Below are positions 13,572-29,733 of a DNA stretch of 64,000 nucleotides, piece by piece. The stretch lies in NCBI RefSeq assembly GCF_009914755.1, contig NC_060931.1; one strand, 5' to 3'. Each line of letters starts with the position of its first letter. The first letter of the stretch is position 1. The DNA comes from the human T2T-CHM13v2.0 reference genome, Homo sapiens. The notes beneath the pieces are model-generated. The model was not told the origin of the DNA. It saw only the letters and a list, made by a program, of their open reading frames with translations, and searched no databases. The translations under genes were made by a program, and so were the position numbers.

Positions 13572-15309
13572 AGCAAACGCATTTTTAATTGGGAAAGTGA
13601 AGAAGCAGCTGCACTGCCAGACATTGTTGATGCCCTGTTGAGGGTTTTGGTATACATTTAAAGCACTACATTCAATTGCCTAAGTGCAGGCAGGTAGCGG
13701 GCATTTTGTCAGGCCCATATGATGAAAAGAGAGAAAAATTAGAGAGCCAAAGGTATTAGTAATTTTTACAGTCATTTCATAATAGTATCTTGACCCTGAA
13801 TTATGTGGACTGTGATGAAACAAATAGTATCACTTGAGAATGGTAAAACTGTAATCAGGAGCCAGACAAGTGTCTACATAGATAGAACCCTTTTAAGTCT
13901 TTTAAGGAAAAGGCTGATGATTTAGGAGTTTGATGATCATAGTTCCACAATTCCTTTGGCCTGGCAGAAGGTGAGAAGTAGAAATAGAGAAGTGATATTC
14001 ATGAAATCAATAAGCAGAAACTATTCTAACTTAGAGTTTAACTTAGAAATCATCTAAAATAATCTAAAACTGAATAAGAGGATCAAACATTTTTTTCTGG
14101 CTAATTAAAAGCAGATTAAGCCCTAAAGTTTCAGGGATGGCAGGGGAAAGGAGGGGAAACAGTATCAAGAATAACTGTCCATAACGTCAAACTGTCCACA
14201 AAGTCATCCACTAAATTTACGTAACATTTACAAATTCAACAATTGCTCACAATTACTATTCAAATGGGTTTTCAGTGAAACAGATCAAATTTCTGTCACA
14301 TAAAACTGAATTTTCGGAAAGGAGCTGTATTTGGAGCAGGATTTAAATTGAAGGAAAATATGTGAAACAATAGATGTAGTGTAGGTTCAGGACTTTTAAT
14401 TGTAAGTATTTTTATGCACCATAACAATATACATATCATGTTTCCTGCGTTTTGGTACAACTCCTGGTCATAACTTTCTCTCACTGTAACCTGCTTTCCC
14501 AGGTTACTCTCAGTTCTCCAAAACCCTGGGACACCATTCCAGAGCACCACATCCTATCATTCCAAAATTAAAAGTCTGTGGGAAACACTGTCACAAATAA
14601 ACAACTGAGGCATGACAGCCTGTTAGGACTGTGCGCTCTGTGAATTTGGAACTTACCCCACTTGATCAGTTTTACTCCTAGCACCTAAGTATACTACCTA
14701 GCATGAAGCAGGTAGTTTATAAGTGCTGGCTATATAAAATATTAAAAATTCTATATTCTGGGTAAGCTTAGAGGAGACTGATGAAATCACATTCAAGAAG
14801 GCTCACCTGAGGCTAGAGAAATAATAGTTAAGATCAGAGAAGCACTAGCCACCTTAGTCAAGATGTTATATTTTTGTTCTTTCTCAACTGGGGTTCCATG
14901 AGATACTTAAGTCTTAACGACCTAAGGCATGACCTAGTGTAAGTAATGAATTATCTTCTCTCCATGCATCTAGGATGGTACTTATAAGACTCTCAGAGAG
15001 TTAAGATGTATGCTCACTAGTTTTATGTACTTTTTCGTAAACCCTGAAATAAAGAACAGTATTTTTCAGAGAGCACTTTGTAAGACAGTGTTTTAAGGAT
15101 ATAATGTTATGATGCATTCAATGAAAAAAAAATCACCTATTTCATTTGCTTTATGTGCTTTGTCCCTTTGAAAAAATAGTTTTCAAAGATTTTGCAACTT
15201 CTCCATAATATAAGATTGCTCCAGCTTTCAATTCCATTTTCCCTGTGCCATATACTCCAATAACAAGTAGGTGATAAAAAATATTATGCAATACACATTG
15301 CACCAACCT

Positions 15310-15440
15310 TATACAGTGCCTACCTTGTGCCAGGCTCCATGAGGCTGGGACTATTATTACCCCTATTTTACAGATGAGGAAACAGGGAGGTTAAAAAAAA
15401 CTTGGCCCAAGTCAGACAGCTAAGTAAATGGTAGAATTAC
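15310..15440 (-). mobile_element. MIR
   Basis: CCCTATTTTACAGATGAGGAAAC core motif. Confidence 0.75.
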
Positions 15441-15984
15441 TCATATATTGCATGGTCTATGTCTCTATAAGAAGTAGAAGAAATATTCCATCATTAGGTA
15501 TTCTAATCAAAAGACTGACACTTTATACATGCCATAGCATGAAGGCAGGTTAGAACTTTAAGATAATTCCAATTTAGGTAAAAATGGATCAATGTAGATT
15601 AATTTTTCATTCAACAAATATTTAATGAGTGCCAGGGTTCTAGGCAATGAAGACAGTGTAATTAAACTAAAGTCCCTGACCTCATAGAGCATACATTCTA
15701 GTTAAGGGAAGATAAACGCTAAAAAAAAAAACAGACAATGTCAGATGGTCATAAAAAGTTATAGAGAAAAACAGAGACTGTGAGCAGGATCGGGGTGGGT
15801 GGCTATTCATTTTGTAGTATGGTAAAACTTGAAGGTCTCATTGGTAAGATGATACATGAACAGAGATAGGAAGGAAGTGAAACAAGTTCAGCATGCAGGT
15901 ATGTAAGAGAAAACTAGTTCAAACAGAAGGGAAACAAATGCAAAAAGCATTAAGGTAGAAGCAAAATTGGTATGTGCAACAGAC

Positions 15985-16424
15985 ATAGCATTAATGACCC
16001 CCAATTAATGGCTTCTCTGTAGGCACATCTTTTACCCGTAACTCTGCAATCCCCTTTCCATTCTGACCCTGGGCTTCTCCTTGCTCTTGTGATACCTTGT
16101 AATGTAGTATTAGCAAACATGACCCAAAGAGAAGCTTAAAATGCAAATATGCAAGTCTTGTCCTCTTGTACAATTGAACTTGCTCACTCTCTCACCTGTG
16201 CCTTTCTATGAGAACATGCCTGGACTAGTTTACTAGAACCAAGTTGTCCACTCAAGACCATCCTAGACTAGCCATCTACCTAAAACCACCACTGGTCACA
16301 GACATGAATGAGCACAGCCAAAGTTAGTGCAGTGCAGAATATAGTGTGCTCATTGACCCAAGCAGTGGTTGTTTTAAGCACTATGCTTTGGAGTGGCTTT
16401 TGTACAAAAGAAAATTAATACGTT
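15985..16424 (+). mobile_element. MLT1 (G/H/J-like) MaLR LTR
   Basis: GAACATGCCTGGACTAG and GTTGTTTTAAGCACTATGCTTTGGAGTGG 3' motif. Confidence 0.55.
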
Positions 16425-16945
16425 CTGTTAGGGAAACAGTAGTCCACAGCAGGAGGAGACACAAAAACTTGTGAATATTCATAACAGCATTATTCACAAT
16501 AGCCAAAAAGTTAAAACAGTCCAAACATTCATCAGCTGATGAATAAATAAAATGTCGCATATCCATTCAGTGGAATTTTACTTGGTAATAAAAAGAAACA
16601 AAATGCTGATACATTCTATAACATGACCAAACCTTGGAAACATTACACTAAGTAAAAGAAGCAGTCACAAAAAACCACACAGTGTATGATTCCACGTATA
16701 TAAAATGGTCCAGAATAGAAAAATCCACAGAGACAGAAATTAGATTGCCTAGAAATGGGGGGAATATAAGGATTGGGGGAGAATGGCTAAGGGTGTGGGG
16801 TTTCTTTTAGGGCTAATGAAAACATTCTAAAATTAAATTTGGTGATGGTTGTTGTGCACACTGAATACACTAAAACCTCCGCACTGTACACTTTAAATGA
16901 GTGATTTGTATGGTAGGTGAACTCAATGAAGTTACTTTTGAAAAA
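16425..16945 (+). mobile_element. L1MB/MC 3' end
   Basis: ATAACAGCATTATTCACAATAGCCAAAAAG, TCCACAGAGACAGAAA, TTCTAAAATT..GGTGATGGTTG. Confidence 0.8.
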
Positions 16946-17542
16946 AAGGAAACAATATGATCAATTATATTTTTAAAGTATTACTCTGGCTGCTATACTG
17001 GAAATGAACTATAGTGTAAATGCCAAGAAACCAGATGGGAAATGATGGCCAAGTGAAAGATGATGGTGGCTTTTATCAGACTGATAGTGGAAGAGATGAT
17101 AAGATGTGTCAGATGCTAAATATATTATAAAGGTACAGTCAATAGGATTTGCTGGTAAATTGGATGTGAGGTATGATAAAAGGGAGTCATCCTCGACTCT
17201 ACAGTTTATAACCTAAGTCAAAGGATGTAAGAGCCAAAAATCAAAAAGAATGAAGAAGGAACACTGAGGTTGGGAGGACAAGGCATAGGATGCAGAATTA
17301 AAAATTATATTTAAAATATCCCGGGAGGCACATTAACCAGAGTGGAGATGTAAAACAGGAGCTGGGTATACAAATCTGAAATCAAGTAAGAGATGTGGCT
17401 GGAGATAAAAGTTTGGAAGTTGACAGAAATAACATGTTCTTTTACATGTTCTAAGAGACACCTTTCCCCCATCCCCTTCTTAACATCTTTGAATTCAGAT
17501 TCTACCATACAATTGATGACATCTTAAAAATCACTGTTTTCT

Positions 17543-17913
<371 letters not shown>

Positions 17914-18639
17914 TCAAGGCTATTCATGCTGTTGTCATTCAACTCAGTTATCTGCATTGTTGGTATTACAAATGTTGGAATTAACTGCCACTTTAAAATA
18001 CCTTCAGAAAGATTATAAAATTATTCTGCACTAAAACAAAATTCAAGTATATATAATCAAGTTATTAAGTGTATAAATAAAAGAGAAAGTCATGACTTTT
18101 AACACAAGGAAGTAACTTTCACTGAAACTTGGTATATTTGATAGATCCCATTTAAACAGGGTCAACCAAAAAAAGGAAGAAAGAAAGACGATAAAAGAGG
18201 GCAAGGGGGAAAGGAAGGAAAGAGTAATCATCATTGCATGTAGATCACATCTGAACATGGAAGGCAGTGGTGAACATGTAAATAGAGAGAAAAGAGAAAT
18301 AATCAAAGGCTTTTTTCTTGTCATGAGGGTGCAGGAGAAAATACCAGATGCAGAGCACTTAGATGACATTCCCTAACAGAAATTACAAACCTGTCATAAG
18401 TGAAACGTATGACAGTGATGGAGAACTTCAGCTATCCTGACATCTGTTGAAAGTCTTACTCTGATTATTTTTATGAAAAAATGAAGTTAATAATTCCTTA
18501 CATGTAAGATATACATGCTTATTTTAGATAAGACTTCTAAAAGAGAAATTAAAAAATAGAAACATTTCAAAAATATTCTTAAAACATTTCAAAATTATAT
18601 GCTAAAACTTTAAAGGAAAAACGCCAATTCCATACTTAC

Positions 18640-18819
18640 TCGTTATTATTAGTTTAGACTATTTACAATAGATCTTATCTCTTCATAACAGTAAAATGCC
18701 CTATCTGCAGAGTAACACAGGGCATTCAGATTCTAGGTAATCTTAGTACTTCAAGTCTTTGCAGGTAGCTCTTTTTACTTCCAAGTCTCTAGTGATATCA
18801 CCCTTCTGACTTAGGTTAA
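18640..18819 (-). other. Candidate 180-nt non-coding/poison exon
   Basis: long T tract then ctAG acceptor; CGA|GTaagtat donor; stops in all three frames. Confidence 0.25.
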
Positions 18820-19137
18820 CTAGAAAAAAAAAAAAAAAACCTAGTCTATCTTCCAACTAGTCTACTGTCAGTTTTTAGTTTCCTGAACACTAAAGCAAAA
18901 GAGGAAACGGAACCACGAAGAGCACTTCTAAACTTCATTGTGAACCTACATGACTATCACTCCCTAGGCAGTAATTCTGGCTCACTTTTCTTCAAGAATT
19001 TTTTTTCTTTTACTTCTCCTAACAAAAGACATTACAAATCAAAATCACTGCCTTTTCTTACTTAAAAAAAAAAAAAAAAAAGACTTTTAACAAATTTGGT
19101 TTAGATGCAAATCACATGTTCAAGAGTAACTCAGTCT

Positions 19138-19452
19138 GGCTGGGCGCGGTGGCTCACGCCCGTAATCCCAGCACTTTGGGAGGCTGAGGCGGGCAGACCA
19201 CAAGGTCAGGAGATCGAGACCATCCTGGCTAACACGGTGAAGCCCTGTCTCTACTAAAAATACAAAAAAAAATACAAAAAAAAATTGGCTGGGCATGGTG
19301 ACACGTGCCTGTAGTACCAGGTACTCGGGAGGGTGACGCGGGAGAATGGCGTGAATCCGGGAGGCGGAGCTTGCAGTGAGCCGAGATCGCGCCACTACTC
19401 CAGCCTGGGGGACAGAGCAAGACTCCGTCTCAAAAAAAAAAAAAAAAAAAAA
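19138..19452 (+). mobile_element. AluY with duplicated A-rich linker
   Basis: GAGATCGAGACCATCCTGGCTAACACGG and GAATGGCGTGAA Y motifs; TSD AAGAGTAACTCAGTCT. Confidence 0.9.
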
Positions 19453-19896
19453 AAGAGTAACTCAGTCTTTGCCCCCATATATTTGTATCTGATCTAAACC
19501 TGGTGGAAAAGGGTAATCAGCTTACAGGGATTTCTGTCTGGACACTATGGCCAGAGACAGAATTATAGTAAATTCTGGCCACCACAGGGACAGAGGCTAC
19601 ACACATACACATATTGAGAAGAAGTACCCATATTCTCTAAAGCAAGGACTGCCTAGCTCACTTAGTAGAACTAGAAATTAATGGATTTTTATATTCAATA
19701 TTCACTTTCTCCAGAAGAAACTCACTTAAGTGTTGAGGAAACCTACTCTAACTTCCAATATTTTTAACCTTTATTAACCTTTAGACACCTAAAAAAAACC
19801 AAGAGCATAAAAAACAGACATGCAATTGAATGAGGAGATGAACTAAGGCATCAGAATTATTTTGAAGCCAAAAAGTATAAGGATTCTTAAATTGTA

Positions 19897-20050
19897 GAGC
19901 TGTGCTGTCCAATCTAGTAATCATTAGACATGTATGGCTATTTAATTTTATATAAACTAACATTAAATAAAATATAAAATTTAGTTTCTCACTCTCACAG
20001 GCCACATTCCCAGCCACTGCAGCTACTGGCTAATATACTGCATAGCACAG
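19897..20050 (+). mobile_element. MER3 hAT MITE
   Basis: CTGTGCTGTCCAAT..TAGACATGTATGGCTATTTAA..TTTAGTTTCTCA. Confidence 0.7.
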
Positions 20051-20126
20051 AAAATTATATTGTATATAGTGCTATTATGGAGGAGCTGCACTCACTAAAG
20101 AAAACAAAAATACTAAATTGCACAGA

Positions 20127-20435
<309 letters not shown>

Positions 20436-20765
20436 TTGCACAGAACAAGCTTGAAATTTAAAATGTCTGTTGAAATAAACCTAAAAAAGGAGTTAACTAG
20501 CAAAATGGACAAAGCTAAAGTCCATGGTACTTTAACAAAAAGTTAAAAAAAAAATATGAAGTAAAATGAAAGCTTAAATTATGAGAGTAAAGTTAATATC
20601 CCAGAATACAGATTAAATTATCCTACATACATCTAAGAGAAATTTTATGAGAATTAAAATAAGAAGAAGAAATAACAAAGAAAATTTAAGAATTTCTCCT
20701 TGAGCCAAAAGGCAAATAAGAGTCTTCAGAACCAAAGTTCCTTTTTTAACAAAGAAAGAATAAGA

Positions 20766-21033
20766 GCTGGGCATGGTGGCTTATGCCTGTAAGCCCAGCA
20801 CTTTGGGAGGTTGAGGTGGGAGGACTGCTTGAGCTCAGGAGCTTGAGACCAACCTGGGCAACATAGCGAGACCTCATCTCTACCAAAAATAAAAAAAAAT
20901 AAAAATTAGCCAGGTATGGTGGCATGTGTCTGTAGTTCCAGCTATTCAGGAGGCCAAAGAGGAAGAATCACTTGAGCCCATGAGGTGGAGGCTGTGGTGA
21001 GCCATGATTGTACCACTGCACTCCAGCCTGGGT
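20766..21033 (+). mobile_element. AluJ, 3' truncated
   Basis: J-type motifs, no tail. Confidence 0.85.
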
Positions 21034-21339
21034 GCTTGGAGGGATACAAAATTAAACAAATCCTGCTAAGTTAAACTCAAAAGGAAATAAGAAAGTACCA
21101 ATAAAATTCTAAGGAATAAAAAACAAGAATCAGATTGTTGTATGCTAGAAAATAAGAAAACAGTATCTTCAAAATTCTAAGATATATATAAAAAATCATA
21201 TCAATACTACTACTTCTGGCATGATGAAATGAGTACATTGATAAATCCTCTCCCCCAAAAGCAACTATAAAGCTGGACAAAACCGTCAAAACAACCATTT
21301 CAGTGCTCTGGACTTCAGCTAAAGGCTGAACCTGAGTAA

Positions 21340-21710
<371 letters not shown>

Positions 21711-22379
21711 TGACCAATCTCTCCCTCTGTTGGCATGTGTTCAGCTAGAGACTGTGTGTGTGTGAGGGTGTTGACAATTGATTTGGAGTGCTGTGAATTT
21801 AAGTGATAACCTCCACTGCAAGTTGGGGGCTTAATACACTTTCCACACTCCACTAGTTGAACGGACACTGCAAGCACGTGCTACAGGGTCTGGACAGGGC
21901 CCACACCTCCACACATCCTTGACTGACTGAGCCTCTGCATGTTCATGCACACAGGAGACACAGAGGAGCCCGGAGGAAAGCAAAAGCCAGGTCAGGCAAC
22001 ATGGTGGCCTGAAGTTTGAATATACTCCCTGATACACAGATAGACACACAAAGAAAGAATAGAAACCTTACTGGCCTTGAAATATTTGAACAAAACCTCT
22101 GACAAATCTTTAGCTTGACATTAAGCTATGGAAAGACAGGAGCAACCCCTAGGAAGCCAAGAATAAAAATAAAAACAAGGAGGGGAAAAAGAACAAATTG
22201 AGCAGAAATATTAGTAGTCACACATTACGGGGGTGGTGGGAACACACTTCAAAGATTTAGTCCAACTATAAAACTTGGACAGAACACATAGAGCAGCTAA
22301 TCGACAACACTGGAAGTAAATAGCAGTAGACGATTGGGATAGAGGACAAGGATCTGAATCATCATGAAACCATCAGTGA

Positions 22380-22691
<312 letters not shown>

Positions 22692-22926
22692 TAAAAAAAG
22701 TTTACTTTTTAAAAGAAAAAAAGTAAAAAAAAAAAAAAAAAAAGGCAAAGAAATAACATTCAAAGATAGTGTCTCAGTTTTTTCCCCTCACTTTTCTCAC
22801 GTAACCCCATGGTGGCAGCGGCAACAATAGGATCTTCAAAAGAGCCAACATTCTGAGAGCAGGGAGAGAACCAGGTCTCCAATTGATGTAGCTGTGGGGA
22901 TTAAAATAAAATGAACAGAATCCAGG

Positions 22927-23336
22927 TGATATGGTTTGAATCTATGTCCCCACCCAAATCTCATGTTCAAATGTAATCCCCAATGTTGGAGGTGGGGCCT
23001 GATGGGAGAAAATTGGATCATGGAAGCGGTTTCCCATGGCTTAACACCATCCCCCTTAGTGCTGTCATTGTGATAGTGAGTTTTTATGAGATCTGGTCAT
23101 TTAAAAGTATGTGGCACCCTCCCCATCTCTTGCTTCTGCTCCAGCCATGAGAGATATGCCTGCTTCCCCTTTACACCTTTCACCATGATTTTAAGTTTCC
23201 TGAGGCCTCCCCAGAAGCAGAATCTGCTATGTTTCCCGTACAGTCCGCAGAACCATGAGCCAACTGAATCTCTGTTCTTTATAAATTACCTAGTCTCAGG
23301 CATTTCTTTATAGCAATTCAAGAATAGAGTAATACA
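22927..23336 (+). mobile_element. MSTA/MSTB MaLR solo LTR
   Basis: TGATATGGTTTG...AATACA with 5-bp TSD (C/T)CAGG. Confidence 0.9.
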
Positions 23337-23465
23337 TCAGGGATCTATGGGACAGTAACAAAAAGATCTAACATCTGTGTCAGTGAACTTCTAAAAGCAA
23401 AGAATAGGATGATTAAAAATATCTGAAGAAATAATGTCAAAAGCCTTCCCAAATCTGACAAATGA

Positions 23466-23993
<528 letters not shown>

Positions 23994-25454
23994 TGAAAGA
24001 GAAAAAAACTATCAAAGGTAGAATTCTATATCCAGTTAAAGTATCTTTCAGAGCAATCATAAAACAAAGATATTTTCAGATAAATGGGAACTAAGAGAAT
24101 TTGCTACCAGCAGACCTGTTCTAAAAGAATTGCTAAAAGAAATTCCTCACACAGAAGGGAAATAATACCGGAAGGAAACCTGGAAGAGTAGGTTGAGGAG
24201 TAAGCAAAATGGTAAACATGCAGACAAAAATACATTAACCCTCTCCTCTTAGTTTCCTTAAATATGTTTAATGGTTGAAAGTAAAAACAATAGCATTGCC
24301 CAATGAAGCTTTCAATTAATAGAAACGTAACATACAGCCAACAATAAGAGAAAAGGTGGAGAGAAGATAAAGAGACCTACGTAGTTTTAACATTTCTTTA
24401 AGTGGACCATAATCCATTTAAAGAAATGAATTTATTTTAAAGCAGGTGGTGAAAATGTTAAGTTTTTATAATGTAATCTCTGGAGTGATCACTAAAACTA
24501 TATGGAGAGTTAAGAATTTTTAAGCCACAACAGGTAAATTAAAACAGAATGGCTAAAAGTTGTTCAAACAATCTAAAAGAATGCAGGAAAGACAGAGTAA
24601 TGGAAAACAGAAGCAGCTAACAGAAAACAAATTACTAAACTGGTAAACCTAAATCTAAACATGCCAAAATTACATTAAATGTGAATAGTCTATAGATACA
24701 AATTAAAAGACAAGATTGTTAGAATGAATTTTTAAAATGACCCAACTATATGTAGTCTACGAGTAATTCACTTCAAATATAATTTTCATAATAGAAAGCA
24801 TAACTAATATATATGCACCTAATAATGGAGCTTCAAAGAACATGAAGTAAAAACTTACAGAACATTACAAATAGGAAAACAAATTCTTAATTATATTTGA
24901 TGACTTCAGCACTCCTTTCAGTAATAGAACTAGTAGACAGAAAATCAGTAAGAATATGGAAGAAATGAACATCATCAATCCACCTGATCTGATTGATATT
25001 TATATAACATTCTACTTAACAGCTGAATACATGTTCTTGTCAAATGCACATGGAACACTCACCAAAACAGACCATATTCTGAGTCATAAGACAAACTTTC
25101 ACAAGCTTAAAAAAAAACCACAAACGTTTGTTCTCTGACCATAATAGAATTAAACTAGAAATAGAAAGTTAATAGGAAAATCTCCAAACACCTGGAAATT
25201 AAACAGCACATTTCTAAATAATCTTTGAGTCAAATGGAAGCCCCAAATTACATACTAATATTCCTCATAATCATTAGTAAAATATTAGCATACAGAATCC
25301 AGCAATTGTAAAAGGCATAATAAACATGACAATAAGGTTAATCCCAGGACCACAAGGCTAGTTCAATATTCAACTGAATGAAAATACAGCATACTAAATC
25401 TGTGGGATGCAAATACAGTAGTGCTACAGTGAATTAATATCATTAAGCTTGTGC

Positions 25455-25605
25455 CATTATTTTTTTTTTAGTTTTTTTAAGAGATGGGGGGGGGGGGTGG
25501 GTCTTGCATGTTGCGCAATCTAGTTTCAAACTCCTAGGCTCAAGTGATGCTACCACCTCAGCCTCCCAAATAGCTGGAATTACAGGCATGTGCCACCAAG
25601 CCCTG
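25455..25605 (-). mobile_element. FLAM Alu monomer containing a G12 run
   Basis: Single left monomer, antisense. Confidence 0.75.
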
Positions 25606-26739
25606 CTCTTAAACTGATACTATTATATCAGCAAAGAAAAACAGTTGCAAATCTATCTTAAGAAACTTGAAGAACTAAATAAACCTAAAGAAAGCAACAC
25701 AAAAATAATAAAAAGCAGAAATCCATGAGATTGAAAACAGAAAAAAATGTTGAAAACAAAAGCTTGTTTGTTGAAAAGACCAATACAATTTACAAATCTC
25801 TAGCAAGACTGACAAAAAGGGAAGACACAAATTAACAATATCAGTAATAAAAAAACAATGAACTACAGACTCCCCTACACACAGACATTTAAAGGTTAAT
25901 AAGAATACTATGAAAAACTCTACATAAATTCAAAATGTTAGAAAAAAATGAACCAATTCCTCAAAAACCAAAGAAAAACAAAACTCTCACAGGATAAAAG
26001 ATATCTGAAGATATCTTTTATATTCACAAGATAAAACAGATAATCTGAACACTCTTGTAACTATTAAGGAAATTAAACTCATAGTTAAAAACCTTTCTAA
26101 AAATAAATCTCTAGTAGCAAATTCTATCAGGTATTTAAAGAAGACATAAGACCACCTCTACAAAATACCTTCCATGAAACAGAAAAGGAGTAAGTAATTT
26201 CCAACTCACTTTATGATTCCAGCATCACCTTTACACTAATACAAAAGACTGTACAAAAAAGAAAATTATACACCAATATCCCTCTTGAATATAGATACAA
26301 GGTCAAAAAAAGAAATCACAAGAAAAATTAGAAAATACTTTTAGACAAATGAAAACAAAAAAAACACACATACCAAAACTGATGGCATACAGCAAAAGCA
26401 ATGCTCAAAGGACAATTTATAGCAATAAATGTCCACCCCTACCTCACACCATATTTTAAAAACCCTCAAAATGAATAAATGATATAGGAGCTAAAATAAT
26501 AAAACTCTCAGAAGAAAACATAGGGGTAAATCTTAATGACCTTGGATTTAGCAATGGATTCTTAGATATGACACCAAAAGTACGAGCAACAAAAAAAAAC
26601 TGACAAATCATTCTTCAACAAAATTAAAACCTTTTGTGCAATGAATATTCTCAAGAAAGTGAAAAAAACCTACAGAATGCAAGAAAATAGCTGCAAGTCA
26701 TGAATTTAATTAGGATCTATATCCAGAATACATAAAGGA

Positions 26740-27070
26740 TCTCATGGAGGTAGACAGTAGAGTAGTGGTTATCAGAGTCTGGGAAGAAAAGGAGGGAGAA
26801 AGGGATAAAGGGAAGTTGGTTAATGGATACAAACATACAACTGGACAGAAACAGTAAGTTCTAGTATTTCACAGTATAGTAGGGAAATTACAGTTAACAA
26901 TTTATCATATATTTCAAAATAGCTAGAAGAGAACTGTAATGTTTCCAGCACAAAGATAAATGTTTAAGGTGATGGGTATCCCAATCACCTTGACTTCAGC
27001 ATTGCGCACTGTATACCTATATCAAAATATCACACGTACCCCAGAAATATATATAATCATTATGTATCCA
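26740..27070 (+). mobile_element. L1MA 3' end
   Basis: ATTTCAAAATAGCTAGAAGAG, AAATGTTTAAGGTGATGG motifs. Confidence 0.8.
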
Positions 27071-27672
<602 letters not shown>

Positions 27673-27734
27673 CACAATTTTTAAATTAACAACAAAAAAG
27701 TGTAGCTATAATGTAGTCTAGTAATGTCCAATAG

Positions 27735-28224
<490 letters not shown>

Positions 28225-28926
28225 GCAATTTCTTAAAACAAGACAACAATGAAGTCTGCTGTGCCGACTGACTTTTTTTCACAAAAGATTTCTCTGAACC
28301 AGGCAATATGGTCTGATAGCATCTGAACCACAGTAGAACTACTTTCAAACTTGGAGTCAGTCCTCTCAAATCTGCCAGTGCTTCATCAACTAATTTTATG
28401 TAAAATTCTAAATCTTTTGCTGTCATTTTATCAGTGTTCACAGCATCTTCAGCAGGAGTAAACCCCATCTCAAAAAATCACTTTCTTTGCTCATCTATAA
28501 GAAGCAACTTCTCATTTCTTCAAGTTTTACCATGACATTGTAGCAATTCGGTCACATCTTCAGGATCCACTTCTAATTCTAGTTATTTTGCTATTTCTAC
28601 CACACCCGCAATTCCTTCCTCCATTGAAGTTTTGACCCCTCAAAGTCATCCACAAGCATTAGAATGAACTTCTTCCAAACTCCTGTTAATGGTGCTATTT
28701 TGACCTCCTCTCATGAATCACAAACATTCTTAATGGCATCTAGAAAGGTGAATAATTTGCAGAAGGTTTTCAATTAATGTTGCCCAGATCCATCATAGGA
28801 ATATCTATGGCAGCTATAGCCTAATAAAAGATACTTCTTAAATAAGAAGAATTGAAAGTCAAAATTACTCCTTGATCCATGGGCTGCAGAATGAATGCTG
28901 CGTTAGTGGTTAAGAAAAACATTACT

Positions 28927-29160
28927 GAGGCAAGAGGATCACTTGAGACCAGGAGTTTGTGAGACTAGCCTGGGAAACATAGACCCTGTCTCTATTAAAA
29001 AAAAAAAAAAAATTAGCTGGGCATGGTGGTGCATGCCTGTAGTCCCACCTACTCAGGCAGCTGAGGCAGGAGGATTGCTTGAGCTCAGGGGTTCAAGGCT
29101 GCAGAGAGCTATGATCACACCAGCCTGGGCAAGAATGAGACCCTGTCTCAAAACAAAAAA
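28927..29160 (+). mobile_element. AluJ-like, 5' truncated, in Tigger1 copy A
   Basis: TSD AAGA(A/G)AACATTA-like; absent from copy B. Confidence 0.85.
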
Positions 29161-29614
29161 AGCACACACACATAGAAAACAGAAGAGAACATTAATCTTC
29201 CTTGTACATCATCAGAGCTCTTGGGTGATCAGGTATATTATCAACGATTAGTAATATGTTGGAAGGGATCTTTTTTTCTTCTGAGCAGGGGGTCTCAACA
29301 GTGGGCTTAAAATATTCAGTAAACCATGCTGTAAAAGAATGTGCTGTCATCCAGGCTTCATTGTTCCATTTACAGAGCACAGACAGAGTAAATTTTGCAG
29401 AATTCCAAAGGGCCCTAGGATTTTTGGAATGATAAATGAGCACTGACTTCAACTTAAAGTCACCAGCTGCATTAGCCTCTAGTAAGAGTCAGCCTGTCCT
29501 TTGAAGCTTTAAAGCCTGTCATTGACTTAAGGAAATGTTGTGGCTGGTTTGATATTCTATCCAGATCACTAAAACTTTCTCCATCTCAGCAATTAGGCTG
29601 TTTTGCTTGCCTGC

Positions 29615-29733
29615 TTTTTAAAAATGAATGGAGACGACGTCTCACTATGATGGCCAGGCTGGTCTCGAACTCCTAGCCTCAAGTGATCCTCCCACCTTGG
29701 CCTCTTAAAAGTGCTGGGATTACAGGCATGAGC
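29615..29733 (-). mobile_element. FLAM monomer in Tigger1 copy A
   Basis: Left monomer; TSD AAGCAAAACAG on - strand. Confidence 0.85.

Larger units (their letters stand above)
15600..17430 (-). mobile_element. L2a 3' portion, interrupted by MLT1 and L1 3' end
   Basis: CATTCAACAAATATTTAATGAGTGCC and AAAGTCCCTGACCTCATAGAGC. Confidence 0.7.

Noticed and set aside
13030-13641. Longest ORF (203 aa)
   Set aside because: Second half is translated antisense Alu, first half decayed L2-like sequence; no domain or splice context.
13811-13916. C/D-box-like motifs (TGATGA...CTGA)
   Set aside because: No terminal stem or recognisable guide, and it lies on the strand opposite the inferred host.
14296-14553. 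84-aa minus-strand ORF in unique-looking sequence with a possible acceptor at 14553
   Set aside because: No recognisable protein, weak polypyrimidine tract, no convincing donor.
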